The notes under the pieces were generated by a model, which saw only the letters and a list, made by a program, of their open reading frames with translations, ran no database searches and was not told the DNA's origin. A stretch of 64,000 bases of DNA from assembly GCF_009834535.1 (NCBI RefSeq), contig NC_045696.1, positions 31,622,001 through 31,686,000 on the forward strand. Direction: 5' to 3'. Both the position numbers and the translations under genes were made by a program. Shown in pieces: positions 50,601-64,000 of this stretch; position 1 is the first letter of the stretch, and every line of letters starts with the position of its first letter. The DNA is from Camelus ferus (Eukaryota).

Positions 50601-53149
50601 ATTGAAAGAGTCTCCTCCCAATAAGAGAACAGCAGAGGTTTCCCATCTTACAACCATCTTATAATTGTTTGAACCTAATGGAGGGTAAAGCTGAGGGAAA
50701 CATTTTCCAGAAAGGTTCTAAATGATTCAGGAACATGTACTGATTTTTGTTCATACCTGACAATGTGTAATGTTAACAGGCAAAAGGAGCATTCTTAGTA
50801 CTCTTGGGTAGATCAAAAAACAGCGTCAGCACATGGAAGATCCTAGAGGAAAACAATGTGAGTATGCGGAAGAAAGCAAAATCAGTGCCCAGGGAATTTG
50901 CTGGATGTGATAATACTCTTCAAAAAGAAGTTAATTGAGATGAAAATGTACAATGTGGAGGATAACTTAACTGACCACCATAATATGCACGTTTATAAAC
51001 ACATGGGACATACCTTCCATGCTTCACACAAATATGTGTATTAGATTGTAAAGATGAAAAAAAAGCTTGCTTAAAATTATAGAATTAGATGAATTTACTT
51101 ACAAAGTGAATACAAAAAGAGAACAGAAGAGTGCCAAGGCCTGAGATTTTGTGGCATGTAGTAGGAAAGAAGGAGAATCTCTGGGAATGCATCTTCTAAC
51201 CATAGGGTAAATGCCAGTAGCTTTGAAACCCTACATAGGGAGAAATTATTTTTTAAATCTCCATTAAAAAAAGTGATCTAATAATGCTATAAAATCCTGC
51301 TCCTATTTCATACTACATGCTCACACACACGTGCACACACATGCACAGTGTTTAGAAATTTTTAAAAAATTACTCCTACTTCACAGCTTCCTTGTTAATT
51401 ATTCTTCCATATTTTTTTGATAGATAGAGAGAGACTCTTTTCAGTTTTTGAGCATCAGAGCACATGGCTAATTTAGCTAGTTTGTCTCTCTCTCCATTTA
51501 CTTGCCTGGGACAATGCGTGAGAGAGAGAAGGGAGGTCAGAGAAGGAAATTTCAGGGGAAGATTGAGATAGATCCTACAATGTATTTTATTCAGTGACAG
51601 AATTCTCCAAAGGACTTTTCAGTTTGGCCACATATCATAAATAAATTACCTGAAAAAATTTGCCTGTATTTTTAAATTATCTTAATAAATAAATATATGA
51701 TCTTGCTGAGGTAGATAATCTGAGCTGGCCTACAGCACCTGGTATTTGGAAGAAGGCATTGGGGTTTCCAAACTGCATAAGTTAGTAATGGCCAAGATAT
51801 CAAGCTGCCTAGACATACCTTCACCATCAGTATCTATGACTCGAAATTCAACTTGTGTTATTCTCATGACCTTTTTATTCAGCGTCTAAAACTTATCTAT
51901 AGCCTCTATTTTATCCTACTTCACCTGCTAATTCTATTAGCAGTGAAAGTTCCAGAGCCCTCAGGTCACTTATCAAGCCTAAGGTTGTTTAGCAACACTA
52001 GACTGCAAACACTTCCCAACAAAACTAGGCAATGTCACTTTTTATTCTCTATTTTGGTCTTGACTTATGTTTCCCAGTGACTTGATCACCAGTTTCTTCT
52101 CTTGTATTAAAAAAAGTCACAGGGTTTTACAATATACTTTGTTTAGGAGGTCAGAGTGTTTGTTACATGGCCAGATCTTTTGCAAAGAAATAGACACATT
52201 TAGAGATTACACATTTGTAACAGGTAATTCTCAAGAAATCGCAGGTAACTGACACTTAAAAATCTCCCTGACCCTTTTCCACCTGTCAGTCTGAAACATT
52301 ATTTTATTTCAGTGCTTGAATCACAATTCCAATTCTCTCTTCCTAGAAGCCTGGCTCTGAACTCCTCATTGTCATTTGTTGTTTATGGTATATAGATGGT
52401 CAATCACAGATGGCAGTAACTCTTGGTAGTTCTCCTAGAAGAGTTCTCTAGTTATCACCTGTCTGTTTGGGTATTTTATTTACCCTTATTAGTCATGGAC
52501 AGACATTTTATATAAAAAATTGATTTGGTTTCCATTGAAGATTTTTCAGAAGATAATAAATTTACATACCAGCTTTCATGGCCCAGCCTTCATTAATATT
52601 TCCCTAGGAGTCTTTGGCAAAAATCCAGTTAGAAAACATCTTTGACATTGCTTGGTCCTACTTTTCCATTTCTAACATTCAGTCCTAAATGCTTCACTTC
52701 TTGATCTGGTGCACACCACTCACCACAATCTAAGAGGCTATTCCTAGTATTTTTACTTTTGATCTATAGCCACATTTTCTACTTGAAAACTTTGTACTTA
52801 GAGATTAGCTTTCCTGGCTGGGTGCACCCCTGGCTCAGTTGTAAGGATTTCATTCAGGCAATCTGGATGCTACACTTTGTCTCAAAGATGCAAGACAAGA
52901 GATAAAAATGTAACATGAATACTGGGATCTTCTCATTTAATGAGAAGAATGCATGATTCTTTCCTGAGGGTGGGGAGATGACAGTGTAATCAGATTTCCT
53001 TCAACCAGGTTTTTAGTAAATTCCATAGATGTTTAACTGCAGTTGTGATACTGTAAGGTGGGGGTAATGATGATTCATGGCTCCTAAGTACAGGTATGGT
53101 AGATGCTGACCCAAGTTGCTGGCTAGGAGAAATTGAGGAGTTAGTGTAT

Positions 53150-53480
53150 ATACAATGAAGCTGAGGGCCACAGGCAAGGACAATTTCTCAGAGAGCCATG
53201 CATCCAATTCTAAGAAGTTTGGCATTACCTTAACAGGAGCCATTTAAAGATTTTAAGTACATATATTTTTTAAAGGTCAGATTTACTTTTTACTTTTTAC
53301 AATGATTGCTCTTGTAGCAATGTGGAAGATTATGAGAGGTATGGAATGATGTATCAAAACCGTAGTTTGGAAGAAGTCAGTTGCAATAGTTCAGAAGATA
53401 TATGACAAATTAGAAAGAGTAGAGTGGAGGATAAATTTAGAGCTATTTAGTAGACATTAGGAATAGAATGACTCCATAAT
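53150..53480 (-). mobile_element. L2 fragment
   Basis: aagaagtttggcattacc..ggagccatttaaagattttaag..gattgctcttgtagcaatgtggaaga..ttgcaatagttcag resembles antisense L2. Confidence 0.6.
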
Positions 53481-55663
53481 AAATTGACTTCAATAAATAG
53501 AAGAATATTTTTATTTAAATATACTGAATGCTATTATAATATTCTGCCTCTGTAAATCTGCTTCCCTACACTGGAGTTTCATTTTGAACTATGGATAGGA
53601 ATGAGGAAAGAATTGGCTGGTATACTAATATGAAGGCAAAGAGTGAGCAAGCTGTGAGCAAGTAGAGAGAGACCTGGGTTTAATCAATATTTTCTTAAAT
53701 GTCCATTAGCTAGGCCCACTGGGCATAATGATATCATATATGGGTAAATTATGGAAATGAGTTTAGGCTATCTCAAAATAAGAAGCTATATTCCAACTGT
53801 GTATCTTTCAATTGTTACACATACGATACAAAAATTAAGAGATTTGCTTTCTGGTATTAAAGGATATATTATTGTGAACACCGTAATTCTCTCCACTTTA
53901 TCGTTTTCTAATAATACATTTTGTGAAGAAATGTCACAATTGTAATTTCAATATAGAGTCATTTTTAAAATGCCAACCCAAATTTGGCAAAAGAAACGAG
54001 GGACATGTCTTACATAAAAGGAAAACTCAGAAGGCAGAAGGTTTTAAAAGAAAAACATAACCTAAATCTTGATTCACTATCAAGTATGTTGATAAAAGGA
54101 ACATTCAGAATTTTGTGAGTCATCAAATCTTATCTCTAATTTAAATTAAAAATTAATTTCTGCCAAGCCTAAAAACTTTTTGAGGAATGAAGAAATCCTT
54201 ATGAATATTTTGAACTTCACCAATCACAGGGCACAACTATAATCTTTAAGAAAACTGTGTGTATGAGTTATCTGCTGATTTTGCTTTTATTGCACCTTGA
54301 AATCAGAGGTATTTTAAAATGAGATCCCACCATGCCTTCAATGCAGCTAACCTTCAAAATAGTCACTTTCTTAGGTGTGTAGCAGGATATGCATTCCTTT
54401 TGCAGTATTCATCAAATTCAGTGTGTGATGAGAACTTCCTACTCAACTTATACTCATTATACACATTTTAGATAAAACAGGATGCCTTTCTTTATTTATC
54501 ATCCCTTCATTATTAATGAATACATAATCTCTTAGTTATATACACCAAATAACAAAAGAAGAATATTCTTCAATGATATCCAATTTACATAGAAATTATA
54601 TCTTTCTTTACATTAAGATTCTGTTTATCTAGGTATTTCTCTGCATTATAAAATCTAGACATGCAGGTTAACTCTTACTAAATGCATACAAAATGCCTCC
54701 CACCCTGATCCTCCAAAGAAAGCAGCAACCATTTGCGTAGTCTACAATTGTCACCTCCAATTCCCAGGAATAGGTTTTATCACAGAATTCATTTTCACTG
54801 TCTTTCAAGGATATGAGATTGCTTGAATTGCTGGCTGCAGGGGATCCCAGTAATTTTTCTCACACACCAGCCCTGCAAAATTCACCCTTGCATGAGAAGA
54901 TGTCTCAAGAAATGAAAGGGTAGCAAGGATTTCAAACTCTCACAGGGAAGAAAACTATTTGTTTTTAATTGTGTTTTGGTTTGTGTTATAATAGAAATCA
55001 TCTCTATTGCTATGTGATATGTACACAATAAATAGGTTTTCAGAATGATTAAATGCCTTAGCCTCACTTCAACTATTATTTTCAAAAGCCATTTATTTTG
55101 GGCATAGTAGAAAACCATAGCAAAAATTTATGAAATCATTTGACTCCAGTACTGTTGCTATGAATACTTTCAATATTCTCATCTTTCCTCAAGAATATGT
55201 ATCTGATGTTTCTAAGTAACAAGAATACAATTCATGCCTTTTATAAATTATTTATTAACATAAACATTTCTGATTTCCTACAGATGTTATGACCTGAGTA
55301 TTTATTTTTTCATTTTCTCAAAAAATTAGAATCCAGGAGCTTTTAAATAAAAATGACTGAAAACATAAAGTAATTCATTTTGGAAGAGAATTTTGTAAAG
55401 AGCCAGTTGAACTCCAGTAAGTATATTCCAAAGCATGAACCAAGAAGGCATTATAGTCAATTATCTGTGAATAGCAGAGATGTTTATTTGATTTTATAAA
55501 TTTTGCATTCTTAAAAAAACAGGTAAGCATTACTTGATGTAGAGAAAGATGTAGTGAAGTTGTTCTTAAAAACATCATAGTTTCCGGATAATTTATTAAC
55601 TGAACAAGATAAATTACAGTTTTATTTTCCTTATCACTGTTTCTTCATCTGTATTTTGGTAAG

Positions 55664-56030
55664 TATAGGGTAAGTTTGTGCCTCACAAAAAAAAAAAAAA
55701 AATCCAACTGTAATGGCTTAACACAATAAAGATTTATTTCTTCATCATACTACATATCTAGCACAATTGGGCTGGAGGCTCTGCTCCACGTAGTAACACA
55801 GTACACTAGCTTCACATTCGTATACTTGCATTTTCTGGAACATCTAGTCTCCTGGATCTATGCATGTGAAGAAACAACTGGACAGATATCTACCAGCAAT
55901 TTTTTCCTTTGTTTGTAATTAATTAATATACACCATTCTATCCATAACTCTTTCACAGATTTATCACATTGTGATCCTTAACTAATCACATGAATTTTGG
56001 AATAAATGGGTGAGATTGTAAATATTTACC
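55664..56030 (-). mobile_element. Old MLT1 (J/K-like) MaLR LTR
   Basis: aatggcttaacacaataaagatttatttctt..gggctggaggctctgctccacgtagtaac. Confidence 0.65.
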
Positions 56031-59000
56031 ATTCTATTTCTGACATTATAAGTAAGAAAAAAGAGGTAACACCAGATGTACCAAATCTCTCCAGTTATAA
56101 TACTATGTCATCTTACATTTTCACATAATGTCACTTCCAAACTTACTGGCTTATAAATCCAGTGGACCCTTAGGTTTTGTACATATCTCTACATGCATTC
56201 AGGATGTAGTTTACTTGCATCACACATATCCACCCACACTGATTCACATGCATTTTTCTCAGCCTGATCTTTTAGAAATGTGGTATTTCGTTCTTCTCTT
56301 CTACTGTGACATCCCTAGACTTAGAATAAAATTTCTTAATTTCTGAACCATACCTGACTAAATTTCAAAAATAGATAAGGCAGTTACAGTGAAAATTGAT
56401 GTATATTACAGAATAACTTTATTAGCATATGACTCTTCAAGGACCAATTTGGTTTTCTTGATTCTGCTCATTCTTCATAACATTTTATGGAACTATAAGA
56501 TAGAAGTCTATTTGCGATATACAAAGTTGTTTTTATTAGATTGGGAGATTGAAATATTCCCACATTATGTCTTTAATATGCTTCACAGTAAATGCTAGTA
56601 GTGAGCATATCAAATGAATTACCTCCAATGTTTCTATTGCCAGTCAGTGCTTATATCTTTCTTTTCCCAATTAGTTAATTGACTTGCCCTAGTATTTTGG
56701 ATTATTAGCTTGCAAGAATAACTCTTGTTTTACAGAAACAAAATGATGTTCTTAGAGACTACAGATAAGGATTACTGTAAGTAGCCACATTTTCCCTTAT
56801 TGTACTAAGTATTATTACAAAAACAACTGAGCAGTTACTTCCATAACCCTTTCCACTGTTGGTGGTTTTGCTCCCGCAGAGCATTTTTTTTAGAAATAAT
56901 AACTGACTTCTAAGCTGTGATGCACAATTAATTTCCTAACATTAAGAAAATTTGGGAAAAAAATGAACTTCCAATGATACATAAAGATAACAATTCTTAT
57001 ATCAAGTCTTTTTGTTTGTTTGTTTAAACTGAGTATTAAAGATAAGGTTGTTTTATGACAGATATGACTTTGCACACTTTGGAAAACAGAAAAGTGGCTG
57101 ATTATTAATTTTATAAAGGGAATTTTACTCTGTGATCACATATATGTTTCCTTATGTGTTATTAAATATATATACACATTTACCATAACATACATATTTA
57201 TCATATAATAATATTAACAAATATATGTATATTTAACAATAGAAACTATATTACATAAAATTTGTTATATCTTTATTCTGACCACAGTAACTGACCAAAA
57301 TTCCCATAGCCAGGCAAATTCACTCATCAGGTCCAAGTAAGCTGACTTACAGTCATGTAGTTTCAGAAGCTTGTTAAGATGACACTATTGTACTCATATT
57401 GATATTATAATATTCTGGAAATATTTTCCTAATTACTACATCTATGTTATATTTGAATATCAAAAAATTAATAATTCTTAACTTTAAAAGTTAAAAAATT
57501 TACATATTAAAATGATGAAGAGGAAATTATAAATTCTTTTCACCTCTTAAATTCTCCCAGAGTAAAGTATAATGAGTTAATAAGAATGAGGCCAGCAATG
57601 GATTTAATAGACAAACATTTCTTGTATGAAAAAACAATGGTTCTCTATATATGGTATATTCAAGTGAGCTGTAATTATGGTTTTGATTCTTTTGGGACCA
57701 ATTTGTAAAAGACTTCCCTTCTAAATCAAATAGAGAATCTATGGACAATTAATTCAAGTCCTGTTTCTACCTAGGCATGCATGAATAAAAATTAAGACAA
57801 TGTAATGTGGATCTCTTACTGTTATCACACCAAAAGCACATAAGAATATGCTGGAAACTTTTTTCTACTTACAGGTGCACTGAACTAAACATATGCTTTA
57901 ATTGCTTTATGTGTTCTCACTTGCACTGTGGCTAATGAGCTTTTAAAAATAATATATTTCTTTCCCTAATGGGTAAACATTGAACTAAGTCTTTCAGAAG
58001 ATATAAATCAAGTATATATTTCAGAAATATTCTTAGAGATATTTAATCATATTATTTCACCAAACATTCTGGGAAACACATTACCAAAGTACCCAAAATC
58101 TCAAACATAATTGCAAAAGCTAAATTGTCTGAAGTACTTCCCTAATAGAACATATAAGAAGGCTTAGTTTGCTTGCTGTGAAGCTTTATCATAGGTAAAT
58201 TCTCATAGTCAAATAATCTCTGGGCACTGAACCCTATTCATGGAGTTCACCGAAGGTAGATGGCAATCATAGTTTATCTTAAAACAAGTTTCATTGCTTT
58301 TTACCACCTTTGTTCCCAGATATAAATAGAAATTCTAAGTTATAGTAAAATAGTAGTGAAGCCAAATTTCTTTAACTTTTCCTTTGCATTAAGATGGCTT
58401 TTAATTACATGCATTAATCTCATTCCCTTCCCACTTAACATTACATACTTCATGAAAGCCTTACAGTATTTATTATAGTTCTTTATTAGCCTCAAAGTTT
58501 ATTAGAAACTGGCAATTTATGATTCCTTCCAATTGATGACATAGTTTTTGCTACCTGTAGGAAGTACTCATTTCAAACAATTATTCTATCAACCCATTCT
58601 ATTCTGCAATTCACAAAATAATATTGTGTATTTTGCTTCTAAAAAGCTTAACTCCAAAATTCTACTTTTAGCTATATACATTTACAGCCAGACTTTTTGA
58701 AGGGGCATTTGCCATAATTATTTCATATCAAGTGTAGTCCAACCACTGCTTATAAACTCAGTCATCATTATTTCCACCCTACAACCTGGCATCTTTATCC
58801 TTAGTGGAATAAATTAGAAAAACAGATGGATAATCTGGGAAATATTCCACATGAATATTTTTAAAAACACAATTCTTGTCAAGCACAGATATTATAAGAT
58901 ACAGCTTATTGTTCTAATAAGCAGAGTTCTGATTATTAACTATACTATTTTTAAAATCAAATAATACATGAGATCTTTTATATAATGAAGATTTAGACAG

Positions 59001-59974
59001 CTGTACTGTTTTAAGGCCCAGTGTGAAATCCAAGTTGTTCTTTTTCTTACGGTGTTAAAAAGCAAAGTGGGTTTGACTCAAAGGGGAAAAAAATGCTGTT
59101 GTATTCAGCAGTTTAAGAGCCACACTCAAATCTATTCCTTTAGGAAAATGCTTACTGCCCTGTGAAAAATATTAATTCAAATTTAAGTGACACATTGTAG
59201 TTCAAATACTTCAATTTATTTTTCAGTGCCTTAATAGCGATATTCTTTTTCTTCCTCATTTTTTCCAGTCAGATGCTTTATTCCATTTATATCCTTTCCT
59301 CTGTATTTTCCTACCTGATATCTGAAAATGTGATTAGTTAGTTTGCTTGCTTTAAAAATATCTCCATGGAGTGATGAACTAGCAACACATGTACACTCCA
59401 AAATTTGGAACTGTAGGAAACCATCCATGAGATCTCTACCTCTTTACTTAAAAGTTCTAGACAAAATATTGACGCAGTGAAAATATAGATAGGAAATTCA
59501 TTAAAGACAAATTTATTAAGAGTTAAGTCCCCCATAAATGAGGGAGGCATTCAAAAGAGTCACAGACAAATGACTAGTACATAAGCAGTGGTTTCCTTTC
59601 TGCATTATTCTCCTAAATACCCAAATCAGGGAGACTTAACAACAACAACAAAAAAGATATTTTGGCAAAGGTACCAAGTAAGTAATTCAGCATCCCTGAC
59701 AGGTAAATTGGTGGAAGTGGGAGAGTAGAGTAGTGCATGGCTACCAGTTGGGATTGCAGGAGTTCCTGAAGTCTTCATTAATCTCAAATTTTTGAATAGT
59801 CTAAGAATGTTTCAAATAACATTTTGAAGAATTAAGGCCATTTATTATTTATTGAGATGAGTATTCAATAAGGATGAGATAATCTGTTTCTTATTAGAGA
59901 GAAGTTTATAGATAATTAGCAGTGCATTTTGAGCAGCTGAAGTTGAACAAGAAATAGTTACTAATAAACATAAT

Positions 59975-60400
59975 GAGCTAGGTATTTTTTGTTTGCCTCC
60001 AGATCCACCATTCTTGGTCCTTTTCTGTTCTGTTTTGTACTACAGGAGCCTGGTCTTTACAGACTTTTTCATCTGAGGTCTGTTGTCCTCTGACTTCCCT
60101 TTTTTTTGATCCAGTGGGGTTCATTAACATGAGATCAAGGAGTGAGAGGAGAAATAAATGGTATATTTATTCTCTTGGGTTCTTTGGGGTGTGCAGTTTG
60201 GCAGTGGCCCCAATCTTCTAACTAGGACCATAGCTCCTGCATCATGGTTGTTCTACCAAGTCTGAAACTTTCATCAGATATAGATTATTACATTTTCTTT
60301 TTGCCTCTTCAGACCCAGGGAATAGCAAAGTGTAACTATTTTTAATAGTTTCTGGATAGTTCCCCATCACTCATTGATTGCGGTAATCCTGTTCTCATCC
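59975..60400 (+). mobile_element. LTR33-like ERVL LTR
   Basis: gcctccagatcca..tgtcctctgacttcc..gagatcaaggagtgagaggag..ggtatatttattc..ccatagctcctg..ttgcctcttcagaccca. Confidence 0.7.
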
Positions 60401-61329
60401 TTCTGTAGAGTTCCAACACCATAGGGTCCAAGTGTCCAACATTTCCTTTCAAGTCTCTGTAACACACTTTAAATAGTTCCTGGCATAAAGATGGTGAATT
60501 AATAATACATACTTTGAATTACTATCCTCTTTGAAATATTGATACAGACTACAAAGTTTGTCTTTGATGCCACAGTCCTATAACTAAAAAAAAAAAATTA
60601 TGTCTGAAAAAGTGATTATACCAGAAATATTATTGTGTATATTTTTGTTGATGAAATATTCAGCACCAAGTTCTTAACTGAAGATATAATTGTTTAAAAG
60701 ACTCACCTAACAGTGTTGTTTTATTATACATTCTACCTTTTTGCTCCCCTGAGGTAGATTTGCAACTAAAATTTTCTAAATAAATTATGTCCAAAAAATA
60801 CCATTTCACATTTAAAACATTACATTTTATGGTGCTTGGGCAAATGTTAAATTGCCATCCTTTCTGCACCTCTAGAAATAGAAATTATTGCCTATATTGC
60901 TGCAGATGAGGAAGGTTAGGAGACTTGCCATCTAACAACTATTAGAAGAAGAACCCTACTAGCAATATTTGTTTTGCTTTCTTCTATAACATGCTATGAT
61001 TTCCACTGGAACTTTTTTTAGCTGTTGGCATTGGAGAAAGTTCAACTGAAAAACAGGCTGAGATGTAGACAAAGATTAAGCCTACCTGAGGGACAAGCTG
61101 TGTAGGCTTGAAGACCATTTTTTAGGCTCAGTATAAAGAAAAAACAAAATTATCTTTGCAAATGATTTCATCATGTCTGCTTCCTTAAATAAATGTCAAT
61201 TCTTTCTTGGTGTCCTGAAGAGACATTTAAACCTCCAAATGTTCCTCCAAAGTTCAAATGACAAATGTATGCCATCTGCAAACTGCAATTAAGGACATTA
61301 AAATATATCTAAAAGGTTACTTCTCATTT

Positions 61330-61945
61330 ACTCTTAGGTTGTAGAAAGCAGGAAAAAAAAAAAAGTGTTCCTTCAAAAAGGACAACCAGAAAGAGCCAGA
61401 AAAATCTCAAAATCAAAGATTCTCTTGAACCCATCAGAGAGCTAAGGTTGCAAGATACCCAGATAGCCTTAGAGGTATCCACCTTTGCTTAAATGAGAAA
61501 CTTGAGACATTGTTCTATTGTGACAATAGAACAAAGACTGGGCTGCAATGCAAGTTAAGAATTCAGATACAATTTTTCATTAATTGCTAAGGGCCACATT
61601 TTGCCTTTTAAGGGAATTAGAACCCCAGCCAACCACAGACACAAAAGGAATTTGCACTATTGTAATGGTTCTACTTTGTGAACTTTCACTAAACATAAGA
61701 AATGGAGGGCAGGATGGGAAATCAGAGACAGTGTCTCTCAGTGGTACATGTTTGAGAGAGAAAGTGCTACTTGTGCAGAAAAGGTAGGAGCTCTGCTCAA
61801 ACCTTTTTCCTTTAAAAAAAAGAAAGGAAGGAAAAGAAAAGAAAGAAGAAAACTATCTTAAGCCTGTGGAAGTAGGGCTGTAGACACTTTCTCCTCCTGG
61901 CACAGATTAAAAACCATTGCTGGTGAGGAAAGGAAAAATGGGTAT
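61330..61945 (+). mobile_element. Probable old LINE-1 5'-region remnant
   Basis: agccagaaaaatctcaaaatca..ttctcttgaacccatcagagagctaaggttgcaag resembles an L1M 5' UTR. Weak. Confidence 0.45.
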
Positions 61946-61949
61946 GACC

Positions 61950-62034
61950 TGGGTACACTTCCCTAGAAGAACATTGCTAAGATTTATGTCAGCAAGTGTT
62001 TTGCCTATGTTTTCTTCTAAGAGGCTTATAGTTC
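61950..62034 (-). mobile_element. Younger LINE-1 ORF2 fragment
   Basis: Minus-strand translation TISLLEENIGKTLADINLSNVLL matches the L1 ORF2p TIKLLEENIG motif. Confidence 0.85.
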
Positions 62035-62134
62035 NNNNNNNNNNNNNNNNNNNNNNNNNNNNNNNNNNNNNNNNNNNNNNNNNNNNNNNNNNNNNNNNNN
62101 NNNNNNNNNNNNNNNNNNNNNNNNNNNNNNNNNN
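62035..62134. other. Assembly gap (100 N)
   Basis: Run of exactly 100 n, likely a placeholder of unknown true size. Confidence 0.99.
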
Positions 62135-62484
62135 CACTAATTATTAGAGAAATGAAAATAAAAACTACAATGAGGTCTTACAGCAGTCAGAATGGCCATC
62201 ATTAAAAACTCCACAAATGGTAAATGCTGGAGAGGGTGAGGAGAAACGGGAACCCTCCTAAACTGCTGGTGGGAATGAAATTTGGTGCGGCCACTATGGA
62301 AAACAATACAGATATCCCTTAAAAAAAAACTTAAATAGAGTTACTGTGTAATCTAGCAATCTCACTCTTGGGCATAGATCTTCAAAAAAATCTCTAATTC
62401 AAAAACATACATGCACCTCAGTGTTCATAGAAGCACTATTTACAGTAGCCAAGATGTGGAAGCAGACTAAATGTCTATCAACAG
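62135..62484 (+). mobile_element. Younger LINE-1 ORF2 3' fragment
   Basis: cactaattattagagaaatg..aaaactacaatgagg..gtcagaatggccatcatt..aaatgctggagagggtg..ccactatggaaaaca..catgcacctcagtgttcatag. Confidence 0.9.
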
Positions 62485-62489
62485 CACTT

Positions 62490-63915
62490 TCTTATCTTAT
62501 AAGTGGAAGTTTGTACCTTTTAACCACCTTTGACAACTTATAGCTGTTTTTTAATATTTTGTCTTTTAACTTTATACTAGAATTAAAAATGGTTTACCTA
62601 CCACCACTACACTAATAAAGTATCCTGTATTTATCAACACATTTGCCTTTGCCAAGGAGTTTATGCTTCTTTGTGTTATCATCTTGCTATTAAACTTCCT
62701 TTCTTTTAAATTAAAAACTCCCCTTGGCATTTTCTGTAAGGGAGGTAATGGTGATAGCCTCTCTTGGTTTTTGTTTGTCTTGGAAAGTCTACATCCTTCA
62801 TTTGCTGGGTATAGCATTGTTGTTTGGCAGGTGGTTTTGTTTTGTTTTGTTTTGTTTCCAGCACTTTGAATATATCACCCCACTCCTTTCTGGTCTACAA
62901 GGTGTCTGCTGGAAAATCCAATGATACTCTTTCAGGAGTTTCCTTTTTGTGACACTTTTTTCTTGCTGTTTTCAAAATTCTATCTGCCTTTTACTTTTAA
63001 TGATTTGATTATAATGTGTCTCAATCTTAATTTGTTTGATCTTATCTTACTTGGGATTCTTTGAACTCCCCTGGATCTGGTTGTCCGTTCCTTTTCCAGA
63101 TTTGGGAGATTTTCAGCTTATTATTTCTTTGTAAGTATTTTGGTTCTTTCTGGGACTCTCTTCTCCTTTGGGGACTTTCATGAAGCATATATTCATCTAC
63201 TTGATGATGTCCAATAATTCTCTTAGGTTTTCATGACTCTTAAATTCTTTTACTTTTCCTCCTCTCACTGGATAACTTCAAATTATTTGTCTTCAAGTTT
63301 TCTGTTTCTTTCTTCTGCTTGCTCTAGTCTAACACTGATCCCCTCTATTAAATTTTTCAATTCAATTATCCTATTTTTCAGATCCAAGATTTTCATTTGG
63401 TTTTATTTTCGATTTTCTATCTTTGTTGAAATTCCCTTTTTTGTTTATGCATTACTCTTCTGAGCTCACTGAACATTTTTACGATAGCTATTTTGAGTTC
63501 TATATAAGATAAATCATAGATCTCTATTTCATTATGGATAGCTTTTAAAGTTTCTTCATGTTCATTTGTTTGGATCATCTTTCCGTTTCTTTATTTTCCT
63601 TGAATCTGTGTTGATATTTACACATTGGAAAAAAACACCACCTCTCCATCTTCCCAGACGGGCCTCATGGAGGAGAAGATCTTTTACCAATCAAACTGGT
63701 CTGAGCATTTGTGGACCTCTCAAACCTTCATACCAGCCAAAACTTACGTCTTTGGTCTTAATGGTTCCCAGGCATCCAGAGTGTGCCAAGTCCCACTGAC
63801 ACTTTGAGACAGGCAGGATACAAGCCAATCCACTGGGTAGCTCCCAGAAAGTTAGAACACTGGGTATATGGTCCAACTCTTTCCCTACCCAGGGAGAAGC
63901 TGGGATCTGTGACTT
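62490..63915 (-). mobile_element. LINE-1 ORF1 / 5' region, antisense, decayed
   Basis: ttgctgggtatagcatt..cagcactttgaatatatcaccccactcctttctgg..ttgattataatgtgtct..ccagatttgggagattttcagc. Confidence 0.8.
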
Positions 63916-63921
63916 ATTACT

Positions 63922-64000
63922 CGTTAAAAACTAAAAACAGACTTACCATGTGATCCAAGAATACCACTCCTGAGCATGTATCTGGAGAAAAATGAAATTC
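63922..64000 (+). mobile_element. Young LINE-1 ORF2 end (continues beyond window)
   Basis: aaaaactaaaaacagacttaccatgtgatccaagaataccactcctgagcatgtatctggagaaaa. Confidence 0.85.

Noticed and set aside
1..64000. CRISPR arrays, operons, tRNA/rRNA genes, CpG-island promoter, intact transposase or RT
   Set aside because: None seen; the DNA is CpG-depleted mammalian non-coding sequence and all TE ORFs are disrupted.

Overview
AT-rich, CpG-poor placental-mammal genomic DNA, intergenic or deep intronic, with no recognisable protein-coding exon or RNA gene. The ORF track consists of chance ORFs and decayed LINE-1/ERVL fragments. The window is a fossil record of transposons: LINE-1 pieces of several ages, L2 and MIR, MaLR/ERVL LTRs (MLT1, MLT2, LTR16-like, LTR33-like), a decayed ERVL pol-dUTPase segment with its 3' LTR (~38.1-41.3 kb), and small DNA transposons (MER2, MER20, MER53, MER58A, MER94-like). 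It also holds microsatellites and a 100-N assembly gap. I saw no Alu, B1/B2, Bov-tA, PRE-1 or SINEC elements, and the youngest L1 ends look cetartiodactyl, so a camelid-like host is my guess (inference). Repeat names come from remembered consensus sequences and boundaries are approximate. I found no convincing novel biological system. The most curious items are a GC-rich ~450-bp insert with competing hairpins at ~16.5-16.9 kb, a 5'-only L1 fused to the ERVL RT region, and a few splice-site-flanked exon candidates.
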